Shown here piece by piece: positions 10,249 to 20,935 of a DNA stretch of 32,000 nucleotides. The DNA lies in assembly GCF_018069705.1 (NCBI RefSeq), contig NZ_CP072943.1, forward strand, positions 1,581,453 to 1,613,452, given 5' to 3'. Under the pieces are notes generated by a model. That model saw only the letters and a program-made list of their open reading frames with translations. It was not told the DNA's origin and did not search any database. Numbering within the stretch: the stretch's first letter is position 1; the number at the start of each line of letters is the position of its first letter. Origin of the DNA: Aminithiophilus ramosus. GTDB lineage: Bacteria > Synergistota > Synergistia > Synergistales > Aminithiophilaceae. The position numbers and the translations under genes are program-made.

Positions 10249-11391
10249 TCAACCTCCCCTACGGATCGTCGCCAGAGCGTGACATTCCATCGAGGCGCCG
10301 GAGCCCACCGATCCCACCTTCTCGCCCGATTTCACTTTGATGTTGAATCGTGGCTCCTCTTCCCTGTCGAAAAGCTCGCCCATCCTGTCTCTTACCGAGG
10401 CGAGGCAGGAACCAAGGCGGGGGATCTGGGCATGCAGCGTCACATCGACCCAGAGAATATCCCATCCTTCGGCGACGACGCGGAGGAGCACCTGGCGAAG
10501 CAGTTCATAGCTGTCGGCGTCCCGATAGCGCTCCTCCGAGGCGGGGAAGAGGGTCCCCAGGTCGGGAAGTCCCGCGGCGCCGAGAAGGGCATCGGAGACG
10601 GCGTGGCAAACGATATCGGCATCGGAATGGCCATCCAGCCCGAGGGGGGCCTCGACGCGAACGCCGCCCAGGAAGAGAGCTCTGCCGGGCACAAGAGGGT
10701 GTACGTCGAAGCCGTGCCCCGTCCGCACCGTAACCGGCTTGGCCGCCAGGGCTCGAGCGATCTTCCAGTCCGCCTCATCTGTTATCTTGAAATTCATGCG
10801 ATCTCCCTCCACCGTTGAAAGGCCTCCCCCGCTTTCCAGCCAGGCCTCGGCCTCGTCGAGAAAGGTCGCGCCCTCCCCGAGAACATTGAGAAGGGGCCTG
10901 CGGGGGAAGGCCTGCGGAGTCTGGGTTGCCCGGACGGTTCCCCTGTCCAGAGAGACGGGGCCGCTTTTCGTCTGAATCTTGAGGGCATCGTTGACGGGAC
11001 AGAGGGGGATGGCGCCGTGTCGTTCCGTCGTCGCCGCCATGAGGCGGCGACAGAGACCGGGAGAGAGGAAGGGGCGGGCCCCGTCGTGAACGAGAACAAA
11101 GGCTCCGCTGGCGGCTGAGAGCCCCGAGCGAACGGAATCGGTCCGCGTCGTCCCTCCTGCGACGCAACGAAGGGGCATCGTCAGAAAGGATCGATCGAAG
11201 AGCTCCTCCTGGCCGGACGGAACGACGAGGACCAGTTCGGCGATTTCACCTGCGTCGAAAAGGACCTGGGCGCAGCGAGCGCTCCAGGTCCAGAGGGGGG
11301 AACCTCCAAGCAAACGGAGCTGTTTGGGCGTGCCGCCCAGGCGAAGTCCCTTGCCTCCAGCCACGATGACAAAGGACCAGGAGGATTTCAT
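10249..11391 (-). CDS. ispDF: Bifunctional IspD/IspF (2-C-methyl-D-erythritol 4-phosphate cytidylyltransferase / 2,4-cyclodiphosphate synthase)
   Basis: N-terminal IVAGGKGLRLGGTPKQLRLLGG, HDGARPFLSP; C-terminal RTGHGFDVHPL, LGLDGHSDADIVCHAVSDALLGAAGLPDLGTLFP. Confidence 0.95.
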   Translation of the reverse strand: MKSSWSFVIVAGGKGLRLGGTPKQLRLLGGSPLWTWSARCAQVLFDAGEIAELVLVVPSGQEELFDRSFLTMPLRCVAGGTTRTDSVRSGLSAASGAFVLVHDGARPFLSPGLCRRLMAATTERHGAIPLCPVNDALKIQTKSGPVSLDRGTVRATQTPQAFPRRPLLNVLGEGATFLDEAEAWLESGGGLSTVEGDRMNFKITDEADWKIARALAAKPVTVRTGHGFDVHPLVPGRALFLGGVRVEAPLGLDGHSDADIVCHAVSDALLGAAGLPDLGTLFPASEERYRDADSYELLRQVLLRVVAEGWDILWVDVTLHAQIPRLGSCLASVRDRMGELFDREEEPRFNIKVKSGEKVGSVGSGASMECHALATIRRGG

Positions 11392-12539
11392 TTGGGAACC
11401 TCCCGTCGGATTCTCCCGAAAACCATCCGTCCCGCCGAAGTCTGAAGCATGGAGGTGACGGTCACATCGACGCGACGACCGATGTGAGAACGCCCCTCCT
11501 CGACGACGATCATCGTTCCATCGTCGAGATAGCCCACGCCCTGAAGCGGCTCTTTGCCCTCCCTGATGAGATCGACGATGACCGTTTCTCCGGGCAGAAG
11601 CATCGGCTTGAGGGCATTGGAGAGATCGTTGACGTTGAGAACGTCGACGCCGTCGATCTGGGCCAATTTGTTGAGGTTGTAATCCGTCGTCATGACTTTG
11701 CCGCCGATCTGGCGAGCCAGAGCGATGAGCCCCTCGTCGACGGATTCCACCTGGAGCTGCCTGAGGGGAATCTCGACGATCTCCACCTGGACGTTCTCGA
11801 TCTTCTGAAGGCTGTTGACGACGTCGAGGCCTCTCCGTCCCCGGCTCCGCCGGACGGAATCGGAGGAATCGGCGACAGACTGAAGCTCGAGAAGGACGAA
11901 ACGGGGCAGGACGAGCGATCCCTCCAGAAACCCCGTCTGGGCTACGTCGAGGATGCGGCCGTCGATGAGCACGCTCGTATCGAGGATCTTGAGATTACAT
12001 CGTCCGCCGCCGACGACCTCCTCTCCCCTGCCCACCTGTACCTGTCTCGGCCCGCGCAGCCGGATCCGCTCCTTGAGACCGCCGATGGTGCTCCACATGC
12101 CTTGGATCTCTTCCCGCCTCTTAAGAAAAAGCCTTATGCCGATATAGCCCAAGACCACGTTGAGCAGGACGGCAATGTAGCTTCCGATGGCAGGAAGATC
12201 GGCAAAGGGAAGGGCCACCAGATTGGCCACGAGCAATCCCACGATCAGGCCCAGGATGGCCACGGAGAGATCTTGCCAGCTCAGGAATTGAAGGTGGTGC
12301 TCGAAGAGGAGACCTATAAAGCCGAGGCTCTTTATGAAATAGGGAGTCAACAGGTAGCCCATGCCCCCCAACACCAGGACGCAAAGGCCGTTCAGAACCA
12401 GGACATGCAGCATCGACGTCCAGGGAAGCCACCCCTCGGAAACGACCCAGCGCGCGACCTGATAGCCGGCGATTCCACCCAGCAGCGCCAAAAGACCTCG
12501 CGCCGCGCCAAAGACGATTTTCCCAAATCCTTCGGCCAT
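11388..12539 (-). CDS. Membrane-anchored PIN/TRAM domain protein (YacL family)
   Basis: N-terminal transmembrane helices, PIN domain KILDTSVLIDGRILDVAQTGFLEGSLVLPRFVLLELQ...VMTTDYNLNKLA, and a C-terminal TRAM domain. Confidence 0.92.
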   Translation of the reverse strand: MAEGFGKIVFGAARGLLALLGGIAGYQVARWVVSEGWLPWTSMLHVLVLNGLCVLVLGGMGYLLTPYFIKSLGFIGLLFEHHLQFLSWQDLSVAILGLIVGLLVANLVALPFADLPAIGSYIAVLLNVVLGYIGIRLFLKRREEIQGMWSTIGGLKERIRLRGPRQVQVGRGEEVVGGGRCNLKILDTSVLIDGRILDVAQTGFLEGSLVLPRFVLLELQSVADSSDSVRRSRGRRGLDVVNSLQKIENVQVEIVEIPLRQLQVESVDEGLIALARQIGGKVMTTDYNLNKLAQIDGVDVLNVNDLSNALKPMLLPGETVIVDLIREGKEPLQGVGYLDDGTMIVVEEGRSHIGRRVDVTVTSMLQTSAGRMVFGRIRREVPK

Positions 12540-12603
12540 TCCCCCACCTCCTCGATGATTCGATCTCCGGCCGATTTTGCACTCCTCCCTTCAGGGGACG
12601 GCC

Positions 12604-13215
12604 TCACAAATCCTCCCGTTTGACCTCTCTTCTCGCATCCATAGCGGCCCGCAGAGTCACCCGATCGGCGAATCCGATGCTTCCCCCCACGGGAAGGCCG
12701 TAGGCCAGACGGGAAACGCGGATCGTCAGGGGACGGAGGGCTTCGAGGACGGCATAATAGGTCATATCACCCTCGATACGCGGGCTCGTGGCGAGGATCA
12801 CCTCTTTGAACTTTCCCCTCTCGAGGCGCCCCGCCAAACGGCCCAGGGCCTCAGGAGGCAACTCCTCTCCGTCCAGAGGAGATATGCGACCGCCGAGGAC
12901 GTGGTACAGCCCGTTATGAACGCCCGACTGTTCCAGGCTGATGAGGTCCTCGGCCGTCTCGACGACGCAAAGCGTCTCCCTTTCCCGCAGGGGATCGCGA
13001 CAGACGGAGCAGGGATCGATGTCGGTCAGATTGCCGCACTCGGGACAGGGATGCAGACTCTCGCGAAGGGTCACAAGAGCTCGCGCCAACTCCCGAGTCC
13101 AGCTCTGAGGCTGTTGCAGCAGGTACAGAGCCATGCGGCGGGCGCTTTTCTCTCCCACTCCGGGGAAACGCCCCAGAAGGCCCGTCAGTTTCTCCAGGGG
13201 TTCGGGAAGGGACAA
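12604..13215 (-). CDS. recR: Recombination mediator protein RecR
   Basis: LGRFPGVGEKSARRMALYLL, zinc finger CPECGNLTDIDPCSVC, Toprim region YHVLGGRISPLDG, and ATSPRIEGDMTYYAV. Confidence 0.96.
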   Translation of the reverse strand: MSLPEPLEKLTGLLGRFPGVGEKSARRMALYLLQQPQSWTRELARALVTLRESLHPCPECGNLTDIDPCSVCRDPLRERETLCVVETAEDLISLEQSGVHNGLYHVLGGRISPLDGEELPPEALGRLAGRLERGKFKEVILATSPRIEGDMTYYAVLEALRPLTIRVSRLAYGLPVGGSIGFADRVTLRAAMDARREVKREDL

Positions 13216-13227
13216 GGTCAGGGCCGC

Positions 13228-13536
13228 CTAAAAAAGGTTCGGCATGCCCAGGCCGCTCGTCAACTGTCCCATGCGATCGTTCGAAAGCTCGCGGGAAGCT
13301 CGAATCGCTTCGTTGACGGCGGCCAGAATCAGGTCCTCGAGCATCTCCACTTCCTTGGGGTCGACAACTTCCGGATCGACATGAACGGCGACGATATCTC
13401 CCTTGCCGTCGGCCACCGCCTTGACCATCCCGCCGCCGGCAAGTCCCTCGACGCGCTCCCTGGCCAGATCTTCCTGAACCCGCGCCATTTGGGCCTGCAT
13501 TTTCTGGGCCTGCTTGAGAAGCTTATCCATTTTCAT
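13228..13536 (-). CDS. YbaB/EbfC family nucleoid-associated protein
   Basis: MDKLLKQAQKMQAQMARVQEDLARERVEG...VEMLEDLILAAVNEA, next to recR. Confidence 0.93.
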   Translation of the reverse strand: MKMDKLLKQAQKMQAQMARVQEDLARERVEGLAGGGMVKAVADGKGDIVAVHVDPEVVDPKEVEMLEDLILAAVNEAIRASRELSNDRMGQLTSGLGMPNLF

Positions 13537-13579
13537 CGGTCCATACCTCCTGAAAGAACTAAAAGAATGGTCGAGCGGG

Positions 13580-14041
13580 TCAATGATGGTACGAGGTGCC
13601 GAGACGAATCATGACAGCCCGATACAGTTGCTCCGCGACGAAAAGCAGAGCCAACTCGTGGGTCAAGGTCATGGGCGAAAGAGAGAGCAGGGCATCGGCC
13701 CTGCGCCTGAGATCTTGCCCGACACCGTAGGCACCTCCCACGACGAAGACTATTTTCCCCGAAACGTCCTCCAGCCGACTATAGAACCATCGAGAAAAGG
13801 CGGGGCTGTCCATCATCGCCCCCCTTTCGTCGAGAAGAACGACGAAATCCCGCTCCCCAAGGGCCTTGAGAATCCGCCGCGTCGAGTCATCCCTGCTCGA
13901 TGAGGCATTCAGTCCTTTCGTCTCGGGAAGCTGGACCCACTCAAGGGGGAGGTGGCGCTCGACGCGCTTGAGGTATTCCCTCACTCCCTGAACGACGAAA
14001 GGCTCCTTCAGCTTCCCCACAGAAAAGAGGGAAAGCTTCAT
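13580..14041 (-). CDS. rlmH: 23S rRNA (pseudouridine1915-N3)-methyltransferase RlmH
   Basis: SVGKLKEPFVVQGVREYLKRVERHLPLE...KIVFVVGGAYGVGQDLRRRADALLSLSPMTLTHELALLFVAEQLYRA. Confidence 0.95.
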   Translation of the reverse strand: MKLSLFSVGKLKEPFVVQGVREYLKRVERHLPLEWVQLPETKGLNASSSRDDSTRRILKALGERDFVVLLDERGAMMDSPAFSRWFYSRLEDVSGKIVFVVGGAYGVGQDLRRRADALLSLSPMTLTHELALLFVAEQLYRAVMIRLGTSYHH

Positions 14042-14223
14042 GAGCTCTCCACTTTAGTGACCGCTTTCCGGAGAAGGTAGGGCTCCATCAAAAGCTTTTT
14101 CCCGCAGCCAAGACACTCGATCTCGACTTCAGCACCGAGACGAACGACTCGCCACTGGCGGCTTCCGCAGGGATGAGGTTTGCGGAGACGAAGGATCATT
14201 CCGGGCTCCAGGCGCTCTTCCAT
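14038..14223 (-). CDS. DUF951 family small zinc-ribbon-like protein (61 aa)
   Basis: The C-terminal part of ORF 14038..14931 reads MEERLEPGMILRLRKPHPCGSRQWRVVRLGAEVEIECLGCGKKLLMEPYLLRKAVTKVESS, matching the DUF951 pattern (KxPHPCG..W...R.GaD....C.GC). ATG at 14223; its stop overlaps the rlmH start (ATGA). Confidence 0.85.
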   Translation of the reverse strand: MEERLEPGMILRLRKPHPCGSRQWRVVRLGAEVEIECLGCGKKLLMEPYLLRKAVTKVESS

Positions 14224-14290
14224 CAGCGTCAACGGAGAGTCACTCCCTCTCTGCTGCGGCCCAGGAGAGGACGACGTCCACGTCGCCCTC

Positions 14291-16009
14291 TCACGCCCGT
14301 CTCCCATAGAGCCCGAGACGGGTGGCGACGACGAGAGAGACGAAAAGAGGAAGATGACAGACACGGCTCCACCGCCAAGGCTCCTGAAGGGTCCGGTAGA
14401 GCCACTCCAGTCCGAGATCCTGCCAGATTCGAGGGGCCCGCCTGAGATTCCCCGAGAGGACATCGAAAGAGCCTCCCACCCCGACGAGTACGAGAGGGGC
14501 GAGGCGATCTCGGTTTCTGGCGATCCAGGCCTCCTGGCGAGGCACACCGAGCCCGACGAAAAGGATCCTTGCCCCGGACTCGACGATCGCCCGGACAAGA
14601 GCGTCTTCGTCCTCGGCTCCTCCATAGCCGTCCGCCGTTCCCCGAACATCAAGGCCGGGATAGCGGAAAGCCAGGCGTTTCGCTGCCTCGGCGGCCACGC
14701 CGGGCCTGCCCCCCATGAAGTAGAGAGGAAGAGCCTCGGCCGACGCCGATCGACAGAACTGCTCCAAAAAATCGATACCCGTGATGCGCTGTTGGACGGG
14801 GCATCCCAGGAAACGCAGTGCCCAGACGAGCCCACGCCCGTCGGGAAGGACCAGAGAGGCCCTGCTGATCCATTCTCGAAAATCCCCGTCACGGAGAGTG
14901 CGCAAGGCGGAGAGGGCATCGAGGGTGGCAATGTGCTCCGACCGCTCTCCGTAACGCGCCCACGAAAGGGCCCTGCCGAGTGCGAAGGGAAGCGAGACGT
15001 TGTCGACTTCGACTCCCCAAAGGGATGAACGACGCCCCGGTGCGGAGGTGTTTCGGGAAAAGGCCCCCTGAATGACGAGGACGAGAAGAAGGGTGACGAA
15101 AAGACCGGCCGCCAGCCGCAGGGGGGACGAAAGCTCCATCTGCAGAAGAGCGACGGAAACTCCGACGGAGGCGCAGGTTGCCGCCGTCATCCTGACTGCC
15201 CTGGGGTGATTGATGCCCCTGCCCACGAGACGGTGATAGAGAGAGATCTCCCCCATTTCAGCCAGGGGCATGAAACGGGAACAGACCGTCAGAGAAATCT
15301 CCAAAAGGGGCAGTGCGAAAAGCCCCAACGGAAGCATCATCAGGGCGGTAAAAGTAATTCCCTTGCTCACGCCTAAAATCGAAAGTCCCGCGAGGAAGAC
15401 GCCCCAAAAACCGCAGAGGGACTCGCCCAGCGTCCGGTAACTATGCCCGTGGCGACTCCAGAAGACCGTCAGAAGGGAGATCCCGCAGAGACCGAGGAAA
15501 AAGGCCTCCGGAAGGAACTGGCCACTGAAGGCCGTGACAAGAAGCATCAGGGCCAAAGAGACGGCGACCATGTGCCCCGCCAACCCTCCGACGCGGTCGA
15601 GCTGGCGAAGGACGAGAGGAAAAAGTCCCACCCAAAGGGAGGTGGCCACGACAGACGCCAGAGGAGAGAGGTAGTGCAGGGAGCCGGGCAGACCGATGAA
15701 ATCGATGCCGGGCCCCTCTAAGGCCAGCAGGAGTCCCACCAGAAAATAGCAGGGCCAAAGAGGAAGCCGATAGAGGGAAATGGCGAGTCCCACTCCGGAA
15801 GCGAGGAAGGCACAGAGAGCCACCGCCTGGACAAGGACGTTGCCGGACCAGAGGCTCGCCACGGAAAGGACGAAAACGAGTCCCAAATCGCGCAGATAAT
15901 CATATTGCTCCGCGCTGAGGTGCCTTTTCAGCCCCTTTTCGGCAAAGAAACAGACCAGAAAGAGCAGGACGGCCAAAACCAAACCGGTCCTATAGGCATC
16001 GAATGCCAT
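14291..16009 (-). CDS. Fusion of an N-terminal WecA/MraY-like (PNPT) membrane domain with a C-terminal WecG/TagA/CpsF (GT26) glycosyltransferase
   Basis: GT26 motifs in the C-terminal part (SLVLPDGRGLVWALRFLG...ITGIDFLEQF; ILFVGLGVPRQEAWIARN; VGVGGSFDVLSGNLRRAPRIWQDLGLEWLYRTLQEPWRW). The N-terminal half is multi-spanning with PNPT-like landmarks (FALPLLE, YHRLVGRGINH). Confidence 0.85.
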   Translation of the reverse strand: MAFDAYRTGLVLAVLLFLVCFFAEKGLKRHLSAEQYDYLRDLGLVFVLSVASLWSGNVLVQAVALCAFLASGVGLAISLYRLPLWPCYFLVGLLLALEGPGIDFIGLPGSLHYLSPLASVVATSLWVGLFPLVLRQLDRVGGLAGHMVAVSLALMLLVTAFSGQFLPEAFFLGLCGISLLTVFWSRHGHSYRTLGESLCGFWGVFLAGLSILGVSKGITFTALMMLPLGLFALPLLEISLTVCSRFMPLAEMGEISLYHRLVGRGINHPRAVRMTAATCASVGVSVALLQMELSSPLRLAAGLFVTLLLVLVIQGAFSRNTSAPGRRSSLWGVEVDNVSLPFALGRALSWARYGERSEHIATLDALSALRTLRDGDFREWISRASLVLPDGRGLVWALRFLGCPVQQRITGIDFLEQFCRSASAEALPLYFMGGRPGVAAEAAKRLAFRYPGLDVRGTADGYGGAEDEDALVRAIVESGARILFVGLGVPRQEAWIARNRDRLAPLVLVGVGGSFDVLSGNLRRAPRIWQDLGLEWLYRTLQEPWRWSRVCHLPLFVSLVVATRLGLYGRRA

Positions 16010-16102
16010 CGACTATCGGCAACCTCCTCGTCGTTGAACGATTGCGTTCGCTCCTTTGACGGTTATTGTACCATGTCTCAGTCATGATAACCGCCTGAAG
16101 GG

Positions 16103-17392
<1,290 letters not shown>

Positions 17393-17878
17393 CTAGGCCT
17401 CCTCCGTGGTGCCCGCTCTGATGTTGCGCAGCAGATCGGCCATCTCCAGGGCGGCCAGGGCGGCCTCCGCCCCCTTGTTGCCGGCCTTGCTCCCGGCACG
17501 CAGAAGGGCCTGCTCCAGACTGTCGCAGGTGAGGACGCCGAAGGCGACGGGGACGCGCTGTTCCAGACCGATATGGGCGATGCCCTTCGCGACCTCAGCC
17601 GAAACGTAGTCGAAATGCGGCGTATCGCCGCGAATGACGGCGCCGATGGCGACGATGGCATCGTAGCGCCCCGTGAGTGCCATCTCCTTGGCGACGAGAG
17701 GGATCTCCCAGGCACCGGGAACCCAGCAGACATCGATGTCCTGATGACGCACACCATGACGGGCGAGAACATCCTTGACGCCTTCGAGAAGGCGCGACGA
17801 AATAAGGTCGTTGAAACGGGAGGCGACGACGACAAAGCGCAGCCCCGTTCCGATCAACTTTCCTTGAAATATTTTCAT
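17393..17878 (-). CDS. ribH: 6,7-dimethyl-8-ribityllumazine synthase
   Basis: [29 protein letters not shown]...[17 protein letters not shown]...[19 protein letters not shown]. Confidence 0.96.
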   Translation of the reverse strand: MKIFQGKLIGTGLRFVVVASRFNDLISSRLLEGVKDVLARHGVRHQDIDVCWVPGAWEIPLVAKEMALTGRYDAIVAIGAVIRGDTPHFDYVSAEVAKGIAHIGLEQRVPVAFGVLTCDSLEQALLRAGSKAGNKGAEAALAALEMADLLRNIRAGTTEEA

Positions 17879-17914
17879 TTCATTGTCTCCTTTCGGAATG
17901 AAAAAGCGGACCTC

Positions 17915-19159
17915 TCAGCCGATCAGGTCCTTGAGGTGGATCATATGGCCCATTTTTTCCCTTTTCGTGTCGAGGTAGCGTTCGTTGTAGGGATTGGCCT
18001 CAATCTCGAGAGGAACGCGGTCGACGATGTCGATGCCGTACCCCGCGAGGCCGATGACCTTTCTGGGATTGTTGGTGAGAAGACGGACGTGGCGTAATCC
18101 CAGATCGGCCATGATCTGAGCCCCGACGCCGTAGTCGCGGAGATCGGGGGCGAAGCCCAGGGCGACGTTGGCCTCGACGGTGTCGAGGCCCTTTTCCTGA
18201 AGTTCGTAGGCCTTCAGCTTGGGAAGAAGCCCTATGCCTCGTCCCTCCTGACGCATGTAGATCAGCACGCCTCGCCCTTCCGTTTCGATGCTCTTCATGG
18301 CCCGATGGAGCTGAGGGCCGCAGTCGCAGCGAAGAGAGCCGAAGACGTCGCCTGTGAGGCACTCCGAGTGAACCCGGACGAGAACGGGCTCCTCGCCGCC
18401 GATGTCGCCCTTGACGAGGGCCATGTGAAGATAGTCGCCGGCCTCGTCGAGGATGAAACGGTAGGCGTGGGCGACGAAAGTGCCGTACTCCGTCGGGAGC
18501 TGGACGGTCGAAACGCGTTCGACGAGACGGTCCTGGCGGTGGCGGTAACGGATCAGATCGGCGATGGAGATGATCTTGAGCCCATGCGTTTCGACGAAGC
18601 GGGCCAAGTCGTTGAGGCGGGCCATGGTGCCGTCTTCGTTCATCACTTCGCAGATGACGCCGGCCGGACGAAGGCCGGCGAGACGTGCCAGGTCGACGGC
18701 GGCCTCGGTGTGCCCGGCCCTCTTGAGAACGCCGCCCTTCCTGGCGATGAGAGGAAAGATATGGCCGGGGCGGCGGAAATCTTTCGGTTTCGATGTCGGA
18801 TCGGAGAGAAGGCGGGCTGTCAGGGCGCGCTCCGCCGCCGAGATGCCCGTCGTCGTCCCCTCCGAGGCATCGACGGAGACGGTGAAAGCCGTACAGTGGC
18901 GGTCCGTGTTGTCGTCGACCATGAGACAGAGACCGAGGCGACGGGCCTGATCTTCGGCGAGAGGAGCGCAGACGAGACCTCGGGCATGCGTCGCCATGAA
19001 GTTGATCGATTCGGCCGTCGCCTTTTCCGCGGCCATGAGAAGATCTCCCTCGTTCTCCCGATCCTCGTCGTCGACGACGACGATCATTTTCCCCTGTCGG
19101 ATGTCCTCCAGGGCCGATTCGATCGTGCTGAAGAGATCTTGCTCCATCTGTTCGGACAA
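17915..19159 (-). CDS. ribBA: Bifunctional 3,4-dihydroxy-2-butanone-4-phosphate synthase / GTP cyclohydrolase II
   Basis: [24 protein letters not shown] (RibB) plus [21 protein letters not shown] and [21 protein letters not shown] (RibA). Confidence 0.97.
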   Translation of the reverse strand: MSEQMEQDLFSTIESALEDIRQGKMIVVVDDEDRENEGDLLMAAEKATAESINFMATHARGLVCAPLAEDQARRLGLCLMVDDNTDRHCTAFTVSVDASEGTTTGISAAERALTARLLSDPTSKPKDFRRPGHIFPLIARKGGVLKRAGHTEAAVDLARLAGLRPAGVICEVMNEDGTMARLNDLARFVETHGLKIISIADLIRYRHRQDRLVERVSTVQLPTEYGTFVAHAYRFILDEAGDYLHMALVKGDIGGEEPVLVRVHSECLTGDVFGSLRCDCGPQLHRAMKSIETEGRGVLIYMRQEGRGIGLLPKLKAYELQEKGLDTVEANVALGFAPDLRDYGVGAQIMADLGLRHVRLLTNNPRKVIGLAGYGIDIVDRVPLEIEANPYNERYLDTKREKMGHMIHLKDLIG

Positions 19160-19181
19160 TTGGAATCCCTCCCAAGGCTCT

Positions 19182-19847
19182 TTAAGATAGCCAGCCCAAC
19201 TCGCGTAGAGCCTCTTCCGTCAGAGGGACCGGGGCCTGGCTCTCTTCCGCCCCGCTCCTGACGCCAAGCATGCGCCGCACGTATTTGGCTAAAACGTCGG
19301 TCTCTATGTTCACCTTATGGCCCTCGGCGAGATCGGCCAAAGTCGTCTCTTTTTGCGTCGTCGGGATGAGACCGACGGAAAACCCCCCTGTGTCGACGTC
19401 GATGACGGTGAGGCTCACTCCGTCGACGGCCACGGAGCCCTTGGGGATGACCTCCACGAGGGGCCGCTCTTCGAGATCCACCCAAAGGCGGGCGGAAAAG
19501 AGGCCGGCACGGTCCACGCGTCGCACCGTGCCGACGGAATCGACGTGTCCCTGGACGATGTGACCGTCAAGACGGGCCTGAAGGGAAAGAGCCCTCTCCA
19601 GATTGAGGCGGGCTCCAGGCCGCAGAGCGCCCAGTCGGGTCCGCTGCACCGTCTCGGCCATCATCTCCACGAAAAAACGCGTTTTCCCCTCCTCCACGAC
19701 GGTGAGGCAAGCGCCGCTGACCGCCACGGACTGGCCGAAGCGAAGGTGCGGGGCCATCCCGGGAGCCTCGATTTCCAGTAAGGTCATACCCGTCCGGGGA
19801 CGGGAGGAGACGAGACGCCCCACTTCCTCGATCAGGCCGGTAAACAT
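19182..19847 (-). CDS. ribE: Riboflavin synthase (alpha chain)
   Basis: [12 protein letters not shown], duplicated lumazine-binding domains, [13 protein letters not shown] and [28 protein letters not shown]. Confidence 0.96.
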   Translation of the reverse strand: MFTGLIEEVGRLVSSRPRTGMTLLEIEAPGMAPHLRFGQSVAVSGACLTVVEEGKTRFFVEMMAETVQRTRLGALRPGARLNLERALSLQARLDGHIVQGHVDSVGTVRRVDRAGLFSARLWVDLEERPLVEVIPKGSVAVDGVSLTVIDVDTGGFSVGLIPTTQKETTLADLAEGHKVNIETDVLAKYVRRMLGVRSGAEESQAPVPLTEEALRELGWLS

Positions 19848-20935
19848 GGCATCGCCTCCAGCCAGAGATCTCCGTCGACCTGCCTTATTGTAGCAGCCCT
19901 GAGCGCGATGGCCTCCCCCATATGGCGGAGTCTCAGATTGCCCGTGAAGGGAATGCCCCGTCCCAGGAATTTGGGCGCCAGGAAGAGAGACACTTCGTCG
20001 ACGAGCCGCTCTTCGATGAAAGATTGAATCACGGAGGCCCCTCCCTCGACGAGCAGGCGCAGAACGCCGCGACGGACAAGCAGGCTAAGAAGCTCGTCGA
20101 GGCGGAAACGCCCCTCCGGGGCATCGAGGAGAACGACCTCGGCCCCGGCCTTTCGAAGGGTCTCGGCCCGCTTCGGATCGCTCTCGGCGGTTCCGACGAC
20201 GAGGCAACGGCCGTCTCCGATGACCTTGGCGCAAGCGGGAGTCCGCAACCGACTGTCGAGAACGACGCGCAGAGGCGATTGTCCGGAGACGAGACGAACG
20301 GTCAGTTCCGGGTCGTCCTTGAGGACCGTACCGATGCCGACGAGAATGGCGTCGTTCTCCCCGCGAAGAAGGTGGGCCTTGCTTCGAGAAAGGGCGCCAC
20401 TGATCCAGCGACTCTCTCCGTCACCCAGGGCAATGGCGCCATCGAGGCTCAAAGCGGCCTTGACCGTCACCCAGGGACGCCCACCCGTAAGGGCTTTGAC
20501 GAACCCCCTGTTGACGTGGAGGCATTCCTCTTCGAGAACGCCGAGCACCACGTCGATTCCGGCCTTCCGGAGAATTTCGATTCCCCCTCCGTCGACACAG
20601 GGATTGGGATCTCTCATTCCGACGACGACGCGGCCCACGCCGGCCTCGACGAGACGGGGCGCGCAGGGTGGCGTTTTGCCGAAATGGCAGCAGGGCTCCA
20701 GGTTGACGACGGCCGTCGCCCCCCGCGCCCGCTCTCCGGCCCGCTCCAGGGCCTTGACCTCGGCGTGCGGTCCACCGAAGCGGCGATGATAGCCCCAGCC
20801 AAGAACGCGCTCTTCTTTTTCGTCGAAGATCACGCAACCGACGCGTGGATTGGGACTCGTCCATCCCGTGCCTCTCTCGGCCAGGCTGAGAGCCATCCTC
20901 ATGTAATGCGTGTAGAGCTCCATCTGACGGGTCAC
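19832..20935 (-). CDS. ribD: Bifunctional diaminohydroxyphosphoribosylaminopyrimidine deaminase / 5-amino-6-(5-phosphoribosylamino)uracil reductase
   Basis: HAEVKAL...VVNLEPCCHFGKTPPCAPRLVEAGVGRVVVGMRDPNP deaminase motif and a reductase domain. GTG at 20935 overlaps the uvrC stop (GTGA). Confidence 0.95.
   Translation of the reverse strand: MTRQMELYTHYMRMALSLAERGTGWTSPNPRVGCVIFDEKEERVLGWGYHRRFGGPHAEVKALERAGERARGATAVVNLEPCCHFGKTPPCAPRLVEAGVGRVVVGMRDPNPCVDGGGIEILRKAGIDVVLGVLEEECLHVNRGFVKALTGGRPWVTVKAALSLDGAIALGDGESRWISGALSRSKAHLLRGENDAILVGIGTVLKDDPELTVRLVSGQSPLRVVLDSRLRTPACAKVIGDGRCLVVGTAESDPKRAETLRKAGAEVVLLDAPEGRFRLDELLSLLVRRGVLRLLVEGGASVIQSFIEERLVDEVSLFLAPKFLGRGIPFTGNLRLRHMGEAIALRAATIRQVDGDLWLEAMPCLPA

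Noticed and set aside
14224-14931. N-terminal part of the 297-aa ORF 14038..14931
   Set aside because: It overlaps the GT26 coding sequence in a different frame. Only the last 61 residues (DUF951) are credible.
18000-19175. 391-aa Arg/Gly/Ser-rich minus-strand ORF overlapping ribBA in another frame
   Set aside because: Same-strand alternate frame of ribBA with biased composition and no motif.
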